A DNA stretch of 64,000 bases from a virus (lineage: Duplodnaviria; Caudoviricetes). Position 1 is the stretch's first letter. Every line of letters begins with the position of its first letter. Under the pieces are notes generated by a model that searched no databases, was not told the origin of the DNA, and worked only from the letters and a program-made list of their open reading frames with translations. A program made the translations under genes and the position numbers. The stretch lies in IMG/VR virus record IMGVR_UViG_2936984999_000001, positions 1 through 64,000 of that record; one strand, written 5' to 3'. Shown here piece after piece: positions 49,002 to 57,662 of this stretch.

Positions 49002-49123
49002 ATGAATATTTTAGTACGGTAGGAATTACCGGAATTTACGCCTGTGGAGTTAGTAGGTTACGAGGACGTTGAAACAGGAATTTGTTTTTAAACAATATTT
49101 CACGACAACTGGACACATGAACC
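49002..49123 (+). ncRNA. Predicted TnpB omega/reRNA: scaffold ending TCAC (49103), guide from 49104
   Basis: acggtaggaattaccg..gcctgtggag..aacaggaa scaffold typical of IS605 right ends; may begin inside tnpB. Confidence 0.7.
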
Positions 49124-49214
49124 CGGATTTGTTGGTGCTGTAAGAAAATGCATTTGTTTCATTTGGGACAAAGAAAAAGGTCTTAAAGGAACTACTAATA
49201 TTGTTATTGACTGA
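49104..49214 (+). pseudogene. Stranded 3' end (36 codons plus stop) of a second phosphoesterase allele
   Basis: DNWTHEPGFVGAVRKCICFIWDKEKGLKGTTNIVID* aligns with SKWSNDKGYSSKRQCKSFIFDFNNGLTDIL of 46514-47890. Confidence 0.8.
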
Positions 49215-49328
49215 TGAAAATCAGTTCGAACATAGACAACTGAATAACATGCCGAGCGTGGCGGACCCACGTATAAATAAAAACAATAAAATTATAAAAA
49301 TTTAAATGATCAAAGGAGTAACAAAATT

Positions 49329-49601
49329 ATGACTAAAACTGAACTTATTAAAGCAACAGCAACTAAAGCAGAGAAGACAATTAAGGAGACTGGTGATATC
49401 GTAGCAGCTCTTCAGGAAGTTATCATGGAGACACTGAAAGCTGGTGAGGATATTAGAGTACCTGGATTTGGAAGCCTTGAGGTTAAGGATGTAGCTGGAA
49501 GAAAAGGCCGCAATCCGCTCACTGGGGAAGACCTGATGATTAAACCTCATAAAACTGTTAAGGCAAAACTGGCAAAAGCTGTAAAGGATGCTGCTAGATA
49601 A
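49329..49601 (+). CDS. hup: HU-family DNA-binding protein
   Basis: MTKTELI, PGFGSL, RKGRNPLTGE. Confidence 0.95.
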   Translation: MTKTELIKATATKAEKTIKETGDIVAALQEVIMETLKAGEDIRVPGFGSLEVKDVAGRKGRNPLTGEDLMIKPHKTVKAKLAKAVKDAAR

Positions 49602-49780
49602 ATAGAATTTTTCATTTTTTGATAAACCACAGGGCTGTAATGGTCCTGTGGATACTATAAAATCGTTATTTTATGTGATGTGATTTGCCGTGAGGCAATT
49701 ACTTTTTTCGCTCATTATTATAAAACTCTCTGAAGAGGTGATGGTTAGTGCTGTCATCTCACATAAGATAACGAAATATT

Positions 49781-50761
49781 TTGATAAAAGGAAGTGATGA
49801 AGAAATGGCAGTTGAACGAAGTAAACCTATATTATTATATGACGCAAAAAAAGCTAAACAGGTTAATCCGGAAACATTAAGATTGTTTCAAAAATATCAA
49901 ATTGATATGTCAATTAGAGACCTATCAGAAAAGACAATTAGGGGTTATAATTCTGATTTAATGCAGTGGTTCATTTATATGTATAATAACCAATTTAATC
50001 TATCTGTTCTTGAAGCAAAAGAAGAAGATCTTGAAGAATATTATTTCTGGAGAAAACAGCAAGGTAATAATGTTAATCGTCAGAAACGTGTCATGTCTTC
50101 TATTTCCGCTTTCTATAAATTTCTTCGTAAGAAAAAACTCATTACAGAATCCCCAATGGAATTTATTGATAGACCAAAACAAGGACAACCTGTTGTTGTA
50201 CAAACTTATTTAAAAAAGGAAGAAGTGCAATTTATGAGAGAAAAACTTTCTGAATATGGTGATGTTCAGTTACAGGTTTATGCTTTTTTATCTCTCACTA
50301 CAATGGCCAGAGTTAATGCAATTGCTCATTTGAAATGGGATCAAATCAATATGGAAGAACGTATTTGCTCTGATGTGCTTGAAAAAGAAGGTAAAATTGT
50401 AGAGCTTTCATTTAGTGAAGAAACTCGCGATTATATGAATGAATTACGTAAATATAGAGAAGACAATAATATAGATGATTATGGTTGGGTGTTCAAAACG
50501 GCTTATACAAATGAGAAACAATGTGTAAGTAATGATACTCTAAATGAATGGTGTAAAAAAATTGGTAATATGATTGGGCATCCTACATTACATTGTCATG
50601 ATTGGAGACATAGCTATGCTAGTCTGCTTAAGGAAAATGGGGCAAGTTTAGAAGATGTTTCAGAAATGCTTAATCATGCAGGAACTGATGTTACTAAGAA
50701 ATATTACATAAAGGTAGATCATTCTAAGGTTAGAAAAATTAAGGATTCAATCAAAATTTAA
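49781..50761 (+). CDS. Tyrosine recombinase (XerD-like)
   Basis: N-terminal SAM-like domain, ARV (R), HDWRH, LNH, KKYY; real start probably ATG 49805. Confidence 0.9.
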   Translation: MIKGSDEEMAVERSKPILLYDAKKAKQVNPETLRLFQKYQIDMSIRDLSEKTIRGYNSDLMQWFIYMYNNQFNLSVLEAKEEDLEEYYFWRKQQGNNVNRQKRVMSSISAFYKFLRKKKLITESPMEFIDRPKQGQPVVVQTYLKKEEVQFMREKLSEYGDVQLQVYAFLSLTTMARVNAIAHLKWDQINMEERICSDVLEKEGKIVELSFSEETRDYMNELRKYREDNNIDDYGWVFKTAYTNEKQCVSNDTLNEWCKKIGNMIGHPTLHCHDWRHSYASLLKENGASLEDVSEMLNHAGTDVTKKYYIKVDHSKVRKIKDSIKI

Positions 50762-51070
50762 TTTAGAAGTACATAATAGAGAAGGTAACACTTTTGATAT
50801 TGACCATCTTAGTTTATGGTCCAACATAACATTTTTGAATTTCTGTGGAATAACAGAGTATTACGACTGTTATCTTCTCTTCTATTATATTTGTTCTGTG
50901 GTGGAACATTTTATTCCCAAGACGCTTGCGACATCAGGTAGGTAAGAAGAGGCTGAAAAGCGGGGATTTGTTCTGGAAGTCTGCACCAGTACCTGATAAA
51001 CAATAAATGTAGTCTAAAAAACAAAGAGGCAGCTACAAAAGTAACTGCCCATTGCCGATGAGATAGTCTT

Positions 51071-51268
51071 TTATTGACAATCATCATCTAATACGCTTGC
51101 AAAGTTCACAGCAAATTCTGCGTTAACCTTATCGGCATTAACAGAGATTGTGAGGCTTTGCGGATTATTATTAAAAATCATCCACAGTGCAGCGATTATA
51201 ATTATAGTAAAACAAAGAAGTCGGATCGCTAACTTTGCAAGCTTAAGCTTGTTGTGTTCCCTTCTCAT
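51071..51268 (-). CDS. Small single-TM protein, candidate type I toxin
   Basis: AAGGAGGTGA RBS; TM LLCFTIIIIAALWMIF; own promoter TTGTAT-17-CATAAT (51457-51485) and terminator (~51016-51050). Confidence 0.65.
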   Translation of the reverse strand: MRREHNKLKLAKLAIRLLCFTIIIIAALWMIFNNNPQSLTISVNADKVNAEFAVNFASVLDDDCQ

Positions 51269-51531
51269 ATTTCACCTCCTTCCTAGCTATAAAGTAGCTA
51301 ACTGGTTCAGAGGGGAATATGTGAGCAGAACGCCCAGAATCATATAGACTTCTGATGTGAATGCACCGATCCTTTCCGGTCTTATCTTAAATGCCAGGTG
51401 CTATGTCAATAAGTTACAGTGTATCGGAGTAGTTGAAGTACTCTTCTACATTCTCTATTATGATTCTGAAACATAAAAAATACAAGTCAGAACTCATGTT
51501 TTGATTATTTCGCCCAAAGTAGAAATACTTT

Positions 51532-51770
51532 GCTATACAGATAAGGAGCGTCTGTCATCGGAGAGAGTAACGACTGAAAAGTGAATGCTCTTGTGTGTAG
51601 CCGATGTAAAATAATCCGTGATTCATCATACAGCGTTTAGGCTGGAACCTTCCGACTGGGCGGAAGCAAATAATACTCTTCCTGATTTATTCAGGATAGC
51701 TGGCGGACAGCGAAATAACTACGCAATTACATAAATGCGCTTCGTAATGTGCGGCAAAGAAACATTGCAA
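51532..51770 (+). ncRNA. Candidate structured RNA
   Basis: Stems gctataca/tgtgtagc, aaggagcg/tgctctt, cttccg/cggaag, tcctga/tcagga, gctg/cagc. Confidence 0.45.
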
Positions 51771-51773
51771 TCT

Positions 51774-51864
51774 GGCAGGTATAGCTTAATTGGTAAAGCG
51801 TCATATTCAAATTCTGGAAAACATACAAATGAAGACTCCAGGTTCGAGTCCTGGTACACTGCCC
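51774..51864 (+). tRNA. tRNA-like element with an expanded, irregular anticodon region
   Basis: D arm tagcttaattggtaaagc, T arm ccagg-ttcgagt-cctgg, bulged acceptor stem. Confidence 0.6.
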
Positions 51865-51900
51865 TACAACTCAATTTTTATTGAGTATAAAATTTTATTT

Positions 51901-51982
51901 GGATGGATAGCGAAGTGGTTAAACGCTCCTGACTGTAAATCAGGCGGCTCTGCCTTCGAAGGTTCGAATCCTTCTCCATCCA
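51901..51982 (+). tRNA. tRNA-Tyr(GTA)
   Basis: Cloverleaf, cctga-ctGTAaa-tcagg, long variable arm. Confidence 0.95.
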
Positions 51983-52080
51983 CTAAATAGGACTACTGTC
52001 CTATTCTATTATTCTTCTCTTTTCTTTGTATTTTTCATTTTCATGATTATTTCTCCAAGCTGGGCTTCGGTCCAGCGTCT

Positions 52081-52154
52081 TGGGATGTAGCTCAGTTTGG
52101 TAGAGCGCCTGATTTGGGTTCAGGAGGTCCAGGGTTCAAGTCCCTGTATTCCAA
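52081..52154 (+). tRNA. tRNA-Pro(TGG)
   Basis: Cloverleaf, cctga-ttTGGgt-tcagg. Confidence 0.92.
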
Positions 52155-52179
52155 CTTTCCTATATACGACATAATATTT

Positions 52180-52654
52180 CACAGGAGGCATGGTGTAGAT
52201 TTTGCATACCGGTGACAGGAAAAAATAATGAACAAAAACCGTTAGAGGTTTTTACTTGAAATGGTGTTTACACCAAGTCTTGTTTTGTATAGCAAGTGCA
52301 TTGAAGCTATCTGGATTGGTCCAGATCTGAAAACAATTATGAACCATGGATAACATGATTGTGAGTAGGTAATAAGAGAAATAGATGGTCGTACTATCCG
52401 CTTGCATTTAATAGAGGTAATTTTAGAAGAAACACCGTCAGGTACCTAGAATTGAGTAAGAAAAGAAAATCTTTATCAGAGAGATTCGATCCAGACTCAG
52501 GTGACAAATTTATTTCTTCCTATCGGTTAGGAAGACTGCGCCAGTGTTCATGAACAAACTCCCACCTAAAAAGACGGAAGCGTCAATATGCTCTGACGTG
52601 TACAGGCTTTAAAATTGTCGGTACAAATGCCATGTAGTTCACCTGCCTCTCGTG
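52180..52654 (+). ncRNA. Large ornate ncRNA (~475 nt), possibly ROOL-like
   Basis: Terminal stem cacaggaggcatggtg/cacctgcctctcgtg, nested stem tttgcataccggtga/ttgtcggtacaaa, many internal hairpins; lies inside a phage tRNA cluster. Confidence 0.6.
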
Positions 52655-52763
52655 TTTATATTTCAAAACTGGAGAAACTGACGGTGCTTTGATGTGTATA
52701 CCTACTAATGTAGATATAAGTATTAGTTTATCACAGATTTGTTGTTATTGTAAATGAGTTTTT

Positions 52764-52839
52764 ATCTACTTGGTCTAACTGGTTATGACGGACGGACATT
52801 TTGTGCCATCAGATACAGGTTCAAAGCCTGTAGTAGATA
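52764..52839 (+). tRNA. Degenerate tRNA-like element (anticodon undetermined)
   Basis: Acceptor atctact/agtagat, D arm, T arm acagg-ttcaaag-cctgt; 10-nt anticodon loop. Confidence 0.55.
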
Positions 52840-52958
52840 TTTAATAGGTAGGGATCTTATAACTGATCATTATAAGAGAAAGTGGATACTCGCACCACTG
52901 CCCTATCTATTTTTATTAATATTAATTGTATATGCGAGTGGAAAGCGAGTAATGTTTT

Positions 52959-54674
52959 ATGAAAAAGGAAACACAAGGATGTAAATATTGTGGTTACGAA
53001 AAAACATCAAAAAGAACAAAGAAACCGTTTGATGAATTTATAAAAGAATTGAAAGAAAGTCGTGGAGATGAATTTACATACGTATCTGGCTATAATGGTG
53101 CAAGTTCAAAAGCTATCTTTAGACATTATATGAAAGATGGAAGTTATCATGATTTTAAAATGGTTCCAAAAGATTTAATTAATGGCACATATTATTGCCC
53201 TTGCTGCTCTGGATATCAAATTTATATAGGATATAATGATTTTAATACTAGAAGACCTGAGTTGGTAAAATATTTATTAAATCCAGAGGAAGGTACAAAA
53301 TATAGTGAATATAGCAATCATATATTAGAATGGAAATGTCCGGATTGTGGAAATATATTGAAAAAGAAAATATCTGAAGTTAGTACAAGAGGAATTTGTT
53401 GTCCTAGATGCTCTGATGGAATAAGTTATCCAAACAAATTTATGTACAATTCATTACTCCAAATAAAAGATTATTTAAATTATATTGAAAGAGAATTTCG
53501 TCCTGATTGGTGCAAATATACATATAATGAAAAAGAATGCTTTGGCGTATATGATATTTATTTCGAAAAAGATAATAAAAAATATATAGTTGAAATGGAT
53601 GGTGGACTTGGACATGGGAATCGAACTTATACAAAATCGGATAAATCAAAAGATGAATTACTGGATATAGATAAAATAAAAGATCTACTTGCAAAAGAAC
53701 ATGATATTGAAGTTATACGAATAAACTGTGATTATGGATCAAATGATAGATATTCTTTTATATTAAATGAAGTTTTAAATTCTAAATTATCTTCAATTCT
53801 TAATTTATCTTTAATAGATTTTAAAAAATCAAATATTTTATCACAACAATCATTATTATTAAAAACTGTTGAATTATGGAATGATGGATATTCTGTAGGA
53901 AAAATAAGTTCTGAAATTGGTGTTTTTTCAGATACAGTAACACACTATCTTAAATCGGCACAAAAATATGGTATATGCAATACATATTCAATAAAGGAAA
54001 GTAGAAATAGGTCTATATCAAATAAAATTGTGTGTATTACAACAAATAAAGAGTTTGATTCTATTGTTGATGGTGCAAAATTTTATAATACATTAGCTAC
54101 TTCTGTAAGTAAATGTTGTAGACATAAAGCTGGATATGCTGGTTATTATAATGGACAAAAACTTATTTGGATGTATAAAACGGAATATGATAATTTTCCA
54201 AAAGAAAAATTAAAAGATTATGTCCCAAAGGAAGATAATAATTATACAAAAGTTGTATGTTTAAATACAGGCGAGATATTTGATGGTATTATTTATGCTG
54301 CTGAAAAATATGGAGTGCTAGATAGTGGAATAACGGCATGTTGTTCAAAAACAACACATTATTCAGGTAAAGATTCTGATGGAAATATTTTGGTTTGGAG
54401 ATATTTAGATGAATATAAACAAATGACAAAAGAAGAAATTAATACACTTCTATCATATAAAAGTATGGGTAAAAAGAAAGTTATATGTCTTAATACCTTA
54501 CAAATATTTGATAATGCATACGAAGCAAGTGTGTGGTGTGGGTTAAATAATAAATTAATACTACAAAGTTGCTGTAGAAACGAAGTTAGATTTGCAGGAG
54601 TTCATCCTGATACCGGTGAAAAATTAAATTGGTTGTATTATAAGGATTATTTGAAAGAAAAAGAGGCTGCTTAA
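52959..54674 (+). CDS. Free-standing homing-type endonuclease (Zn ribbons, Vsr/EDxHD-like PD-(D/E)XK domain, 3 NUMOD1-like repeats)
   Basis: CxxC pairs; YDIYF..IVEMDGGLGH..DKIKD; repeats KIVCITTNKEF, KVVCLNTGEIF, KVICLNTLQIF. Confidence 0.72.
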   Translation: MKKETQGCKYCGYEKTSKRTKKPFDEFIKELKESRGDEFTYVSGYNGASSKAIFRHYMKDGSYHDFKMVPKDLINGTYYCPCCSGYQIYIGYNDFNTRRPELVKYLLNPEEGTKYSEYSNHILEWKCPDCGNILKKKISEVSTRGICCPRCSDGISYPNKFMYNSLLQIKDYLNYIEREFRPDWCKYTYNEKECFGVYDIYFEKDNKKYIVEMDGGLGHGNRTYTKSDKSKDELLDIDKIKDLLAKEHDIEVIRINCDYGSNDRYSFILNEVLNSKLSSILNLSLIDFKKSNILSQQSLLLKTVELWNDGYSVGKISSEIGVFSDTVTHYLKSAQKYGICNTYSIKESRNRSISNKIVCITTNKEFDSIVDGAKFYNTLATSVSKCCRHKAGYAGYYNGQKLIWMYKTEYDNFPKEKLKDYVPKEDNNYTKVVCLNTGEIFDGIIYAAEKYGVLDSGITACCSKTTHYSGKDSDGNILVWRYLDEYKQMTKEEINTLLSYKSMGKKKVICLNTLQIFDNAYEASVWCGLNNKLILQSCCRNEVRFAGVHPDTGEKLNWLYYKDYLKEKEAA

Positions 54675-54711
54675 TGTAGTCTCTTTTTCTGATTAAAAGG
54701 ATGGTGATTAT

Positions 54712-55764
54712 ATGGCAAACTTGCGTCAAGCAAAAACAGATGCAGAGTTACGAACCATGACTATAACAAATGTTAAAAAGGCGTATTCAAATTTGGCAGA
54801 AGATTATAATCGCCTTCTTGATTTAGAGTTTATATATTGTCCTCATTGTGGAAAGTGGAAATCTATAAAAGCAAGTAACTTTTATTCATCAAATGATACA
54901 GTTGATGGAATTGAGCATTTTGCATGTAAGGAATGTATACTTAACATGTGTACAGATAAAAATAAAGATGGTTCGAGATCTGATAATAAAGAAAAAACAA
55001 TAAATACTTTTAGAAAATTGGATTGGTGTTTTATCGAAGATGATTATGATAAGCAGTTAGTAAAAACTACTGAAGCGGTAAATGAAAAAGTAAGAAGCAC
55101 AGCCGCACAACAGCTTATTGTAATGGTTCAGTCACTTCCACAGTATAATGGAAAAAATTTTTCAAATAGTGAATTTAACGATTCTACAGATGGATCTTTA
55201 TCTTATAAAAGAAAGCCACGAAAAGAAATTGTAAAACTATTTGGTTCAGGACTTTCAAATGAAGATTATTTGTATCTTCAAGACCAATATGATGATTGGT
55301 GTGAAAGAACACAGGTGGATTCTAAATCTCAACAAACATATATTGTTAGAATTTGTTTTAAATTGTTGGATATTTGGAAAGCACAGAAATCAAGTAAAGA
55401 CACAACAAAACTTGATGAATCTTTAAATAAATTAATGGATGCAGCAAATTTACAACCAAGACAAAATGTTGGAAATGCTGCTACAGACGCTTTAACTTTT
55501 AGTCAGTTGATTGAAAAATGGGAACAGGAAAAACCAATACCTGAACCAGATCCAGAATTTAAGGATTGTGATGGTATAGGAAAATATATTCGCGTATGGT
55601 TTAAAGGTGCACTATCTCATGCTCTTGGCTTAGAAGGCGGTTATTCTAAAGAGTATGAAGATTATGTTAGTCAATATGCCGTAACTAAACCAGAAGAACA
55701 AGATCTTGATGAAAAATCTGAAAGTATTTATAGCCAAATTTTTGGTGATGAAAGTCAAAAGTAA
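54712..55764 (+). CDS. Putative terminase small subunit (YonG-like position)
   Basis: Zn finger CPHC..CKEC; coupled to the large terminase. Confidence 0.5.
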   Translation: MANLRQAKTDAELRTMTITNVKKAYSNLAEDYNRLLDLEFIYCPHCGKWKSIKASNFYSSNDTVDGIEHFACKECILNMCTDKNKDGSRSDNKEKTINTFRKLDWCFIEDDYDKQLVKTTEAVNEKVRSTAAQQLIVMVQSLPQYNGKNFSNSEFNDSTDGSLSYKRKPRKEIVKLFGSGLSNEDYLYLQDQYDDWCERTQVDSKSQQTYIVRICFKLLDIWKAQKSSKDTTKLDESLNKLMDAANLQPRQNVGNAATDALTFSQLIEKWEQEKPIPEPDPEFKDCDGIGKYIRVWFKGALSHALGLEGGYSKEYEDYVSQYAVTKPEEQDLDEKSESIYSQIFGDESQK

Positions 55765-57536
55765 TGGCAAAACGATTAAAACAAAATCTATCTGATTCCC
55801 AAATAAAAAAAAATAAAACTGACAAAATAATGAATATTGTTGCAGAAAGAGCTTCGTATTATAGAGCTAATCCACATAGGTTTGTGAAGGATTATCTTGG
55901 AATAGAATTAAAATTATTTCAAAAAATACTACTCTTCTGTATGATGCATAATGATGCCTTTTATTATATTGCTTCGAGGGGACAGGGAAAAACTTACTTA
56001 GTATCATTATTTTGCGTTGTAAGGTGTCTTTTGTACCCTGGTACAACTATTGTGGTAAGTAGTTATACTTTTAAACAGGGAAAAGAAACAATAATGAAGA
56101 TAACGGATGATTTTATGAGGAAATCTCCGTTATTACGAAGTGAAATAGCTAAATACAGTATAGGACAAAATGATTGTTCGGTATATTTTAAATCTGGTGG
56201 TTGGATACAGGTAAAAGTTGCTGCTGAGTCATCAAGAGGTGCCCATTGTCAGATATTAATCATTGATGAAAGTCGTATGGTTCAGCAAAAAATAATAGAT
56301 ACCGTATTAAAGCCAATGCTTTCAGCTCCACGTACTCCTCCGTATATAAACAAGCCGGAATATAAGGGCAAAGGTTATGAGGAAATGAATAAAATCCTTA
56401 TGATGTCTTCTGCCTGGTATAAACAATCTGAGATGTATGAAATTGTAAAAGCTTATGTGGCAAATATGCTTGATCCAAAGATGAAATATTTCATTTGTGA
56501 TTTACCATATACACTTTCAATTGCAGAGCATCTTCTTATGCGTCAATCGATAGAAAATGAAATGTCTGAAGCTACTTTTTCTGATATTTCATTTAAAATG
56601 GAACGAGAAGGTATTTTTTATGGAAGTGGTGACGAATCGCTTTTCAATTTTAATGTATTAAATACACGTAGAATTTTACAAGATAGTTTCCATGATTTAG
56701 ATTTTTATAGAAATAGTAATGTAAGGATTCCACAAAAACAAGCTGGAGAAAAACGTATATTAAGTCTTGATATTGCACTTCTTGCATCAAAAAAACACGA
56801 TAATGATGCTTCTGCTTTTATTATTAACAGTGCCCTTCCTACATCCTCAAACGATTACATTAGTAATATAAAGTATATAGAAACACAAGAAGGATTAATG
56901 ACTGAAGAGCTTGGTCTTATGACTATGCGCTATTTTTATCAATATGATTGTGATTATATTGCGATTGACGCAAATGGTGTTGGACAAGGTGTATTGGATT
57001 ATTTAATGCAGGATAGATATGATCCTGTTTATAATATGACATATGGTGCCTTAAATTGTTGTAATAATGATGATTTAGCAGACAGGTGCAAAGTTCGTAA
57101 TGCTCCAAAGGTTATTTATGCAATAAAAGCAAGTGCAAAATCAAATAATGATATGTGTCTTGCTCTTCGTAGTGGTTTTCAGAATGGAAATATTAATCTT
57201 TTAAATTCTGAAACTGAGATTGATGAAAAATTACAAAAGCTTATAAAAGGTTTTAATAAGTTGTCTGATACACAAAAAATAAAGCTTCGTCTTCCATATT
57301 ATCAAACAACATTCCTTATTGAAGAACTTATTAATCTTGATCATGAAGTAAATAATGGACTTATTAAAGTTAAAGAAAAATCAGGAATGCGGAAGGACCG
57401 TTATTCTTCACTTGAGTATAATTATTATGTTGTTCAGGAACTCGCACTTAAACTTAAGCCAAAGAATACAAATATGAAAAACCTCGCTGACATCCTACCA
57501 ATACGTACAGCGAAGCGTCATTCTTATTTCGATTAA
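55764..57536 (+). CDS. terL: Terminase large subunit
   Basis: ASRGQGKT, IIDESR, nuclease LSLDIA..DND, IDANGVG, KDRYSS. Confidence 0.9.
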   Translation: MAKRLKQNLSDSQIKKNKTDKIMNIVAERASYYRANPHRFVKDYLGIELKLFQKILLFCMMHNDAFYYIASRGQGKTYLVSLFCVVRCLLYPGTTIVVSSYTFKQGKETIMKITDDFMRKSPLLRSEIAKYSIGQNDCSVYFKSGGWIQVKVAAESSRGAHCQILIIDESRMVQQKIIDTVLKPMLSAPRTPPYINKPEYKGKGYEEMNKILMMSSAWYKQSEMYEIVKAYVANMLDPKMKYFICDLPYTLSIAEHLLMRQSIENEMSEATFSDISFKMEREGIFYGSGDESLFNFNVLNTRRILQDSFHDLDFYRNSNVRIPQKQAGEKRILSLDIALLASKKHDNDASAFIINSALPTSSNDYISNIKYIETQEGLMTEELGLMTMRYFYQYDCDYIAIDANGVGQGVLDYLMQDRYDPVYNMTYGALNCCNNDDLADRCKVRNAPKVIYAIKASAKSNNDMCLALRSGFQNGNINLLNSETEIDEKLQKLIKGFNKLSDTQKIKLRLPYYQTTFLIEELINLDHEVNNGLIKVKEKSGMRKDRYSSLEYNYYVVQELALKLKPKNTNMKNLADILPIRTAKRHSYFD

Positions 57537-57662
57537 TAAATCTAACACTATCCATCAACCAACACCAACTACTCTCCCACTTCTTACTTCTTAAAATAAA
57601 TCCAAACCAAACATTCCAACCAATCCAAATTAAAAAAATAAAATAGAAAGGCAGGTGTACCA

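Noticed and set aside
47883-49103. Intact IS605 element or IStron
   Set aside because: No tnpA, no space for a left end, no group I intron core next to tnpB, and a weak right-end hairpin
49728-49780. Hammerhead ribozyme (ctgaaga plus hairpin)
   Set aside because: GAAA does not follow stem II and no stems I/III were found; a simple hairpin
51790-51990. 66-aa ORF
   Set aside because: Overlaps tRNA-Tyr and a tRNA-like element; no RBS
52754-52984. 76-aa ORF
   Set aside because: Overlaps a tRNA-like element and the structured leader; no RBS
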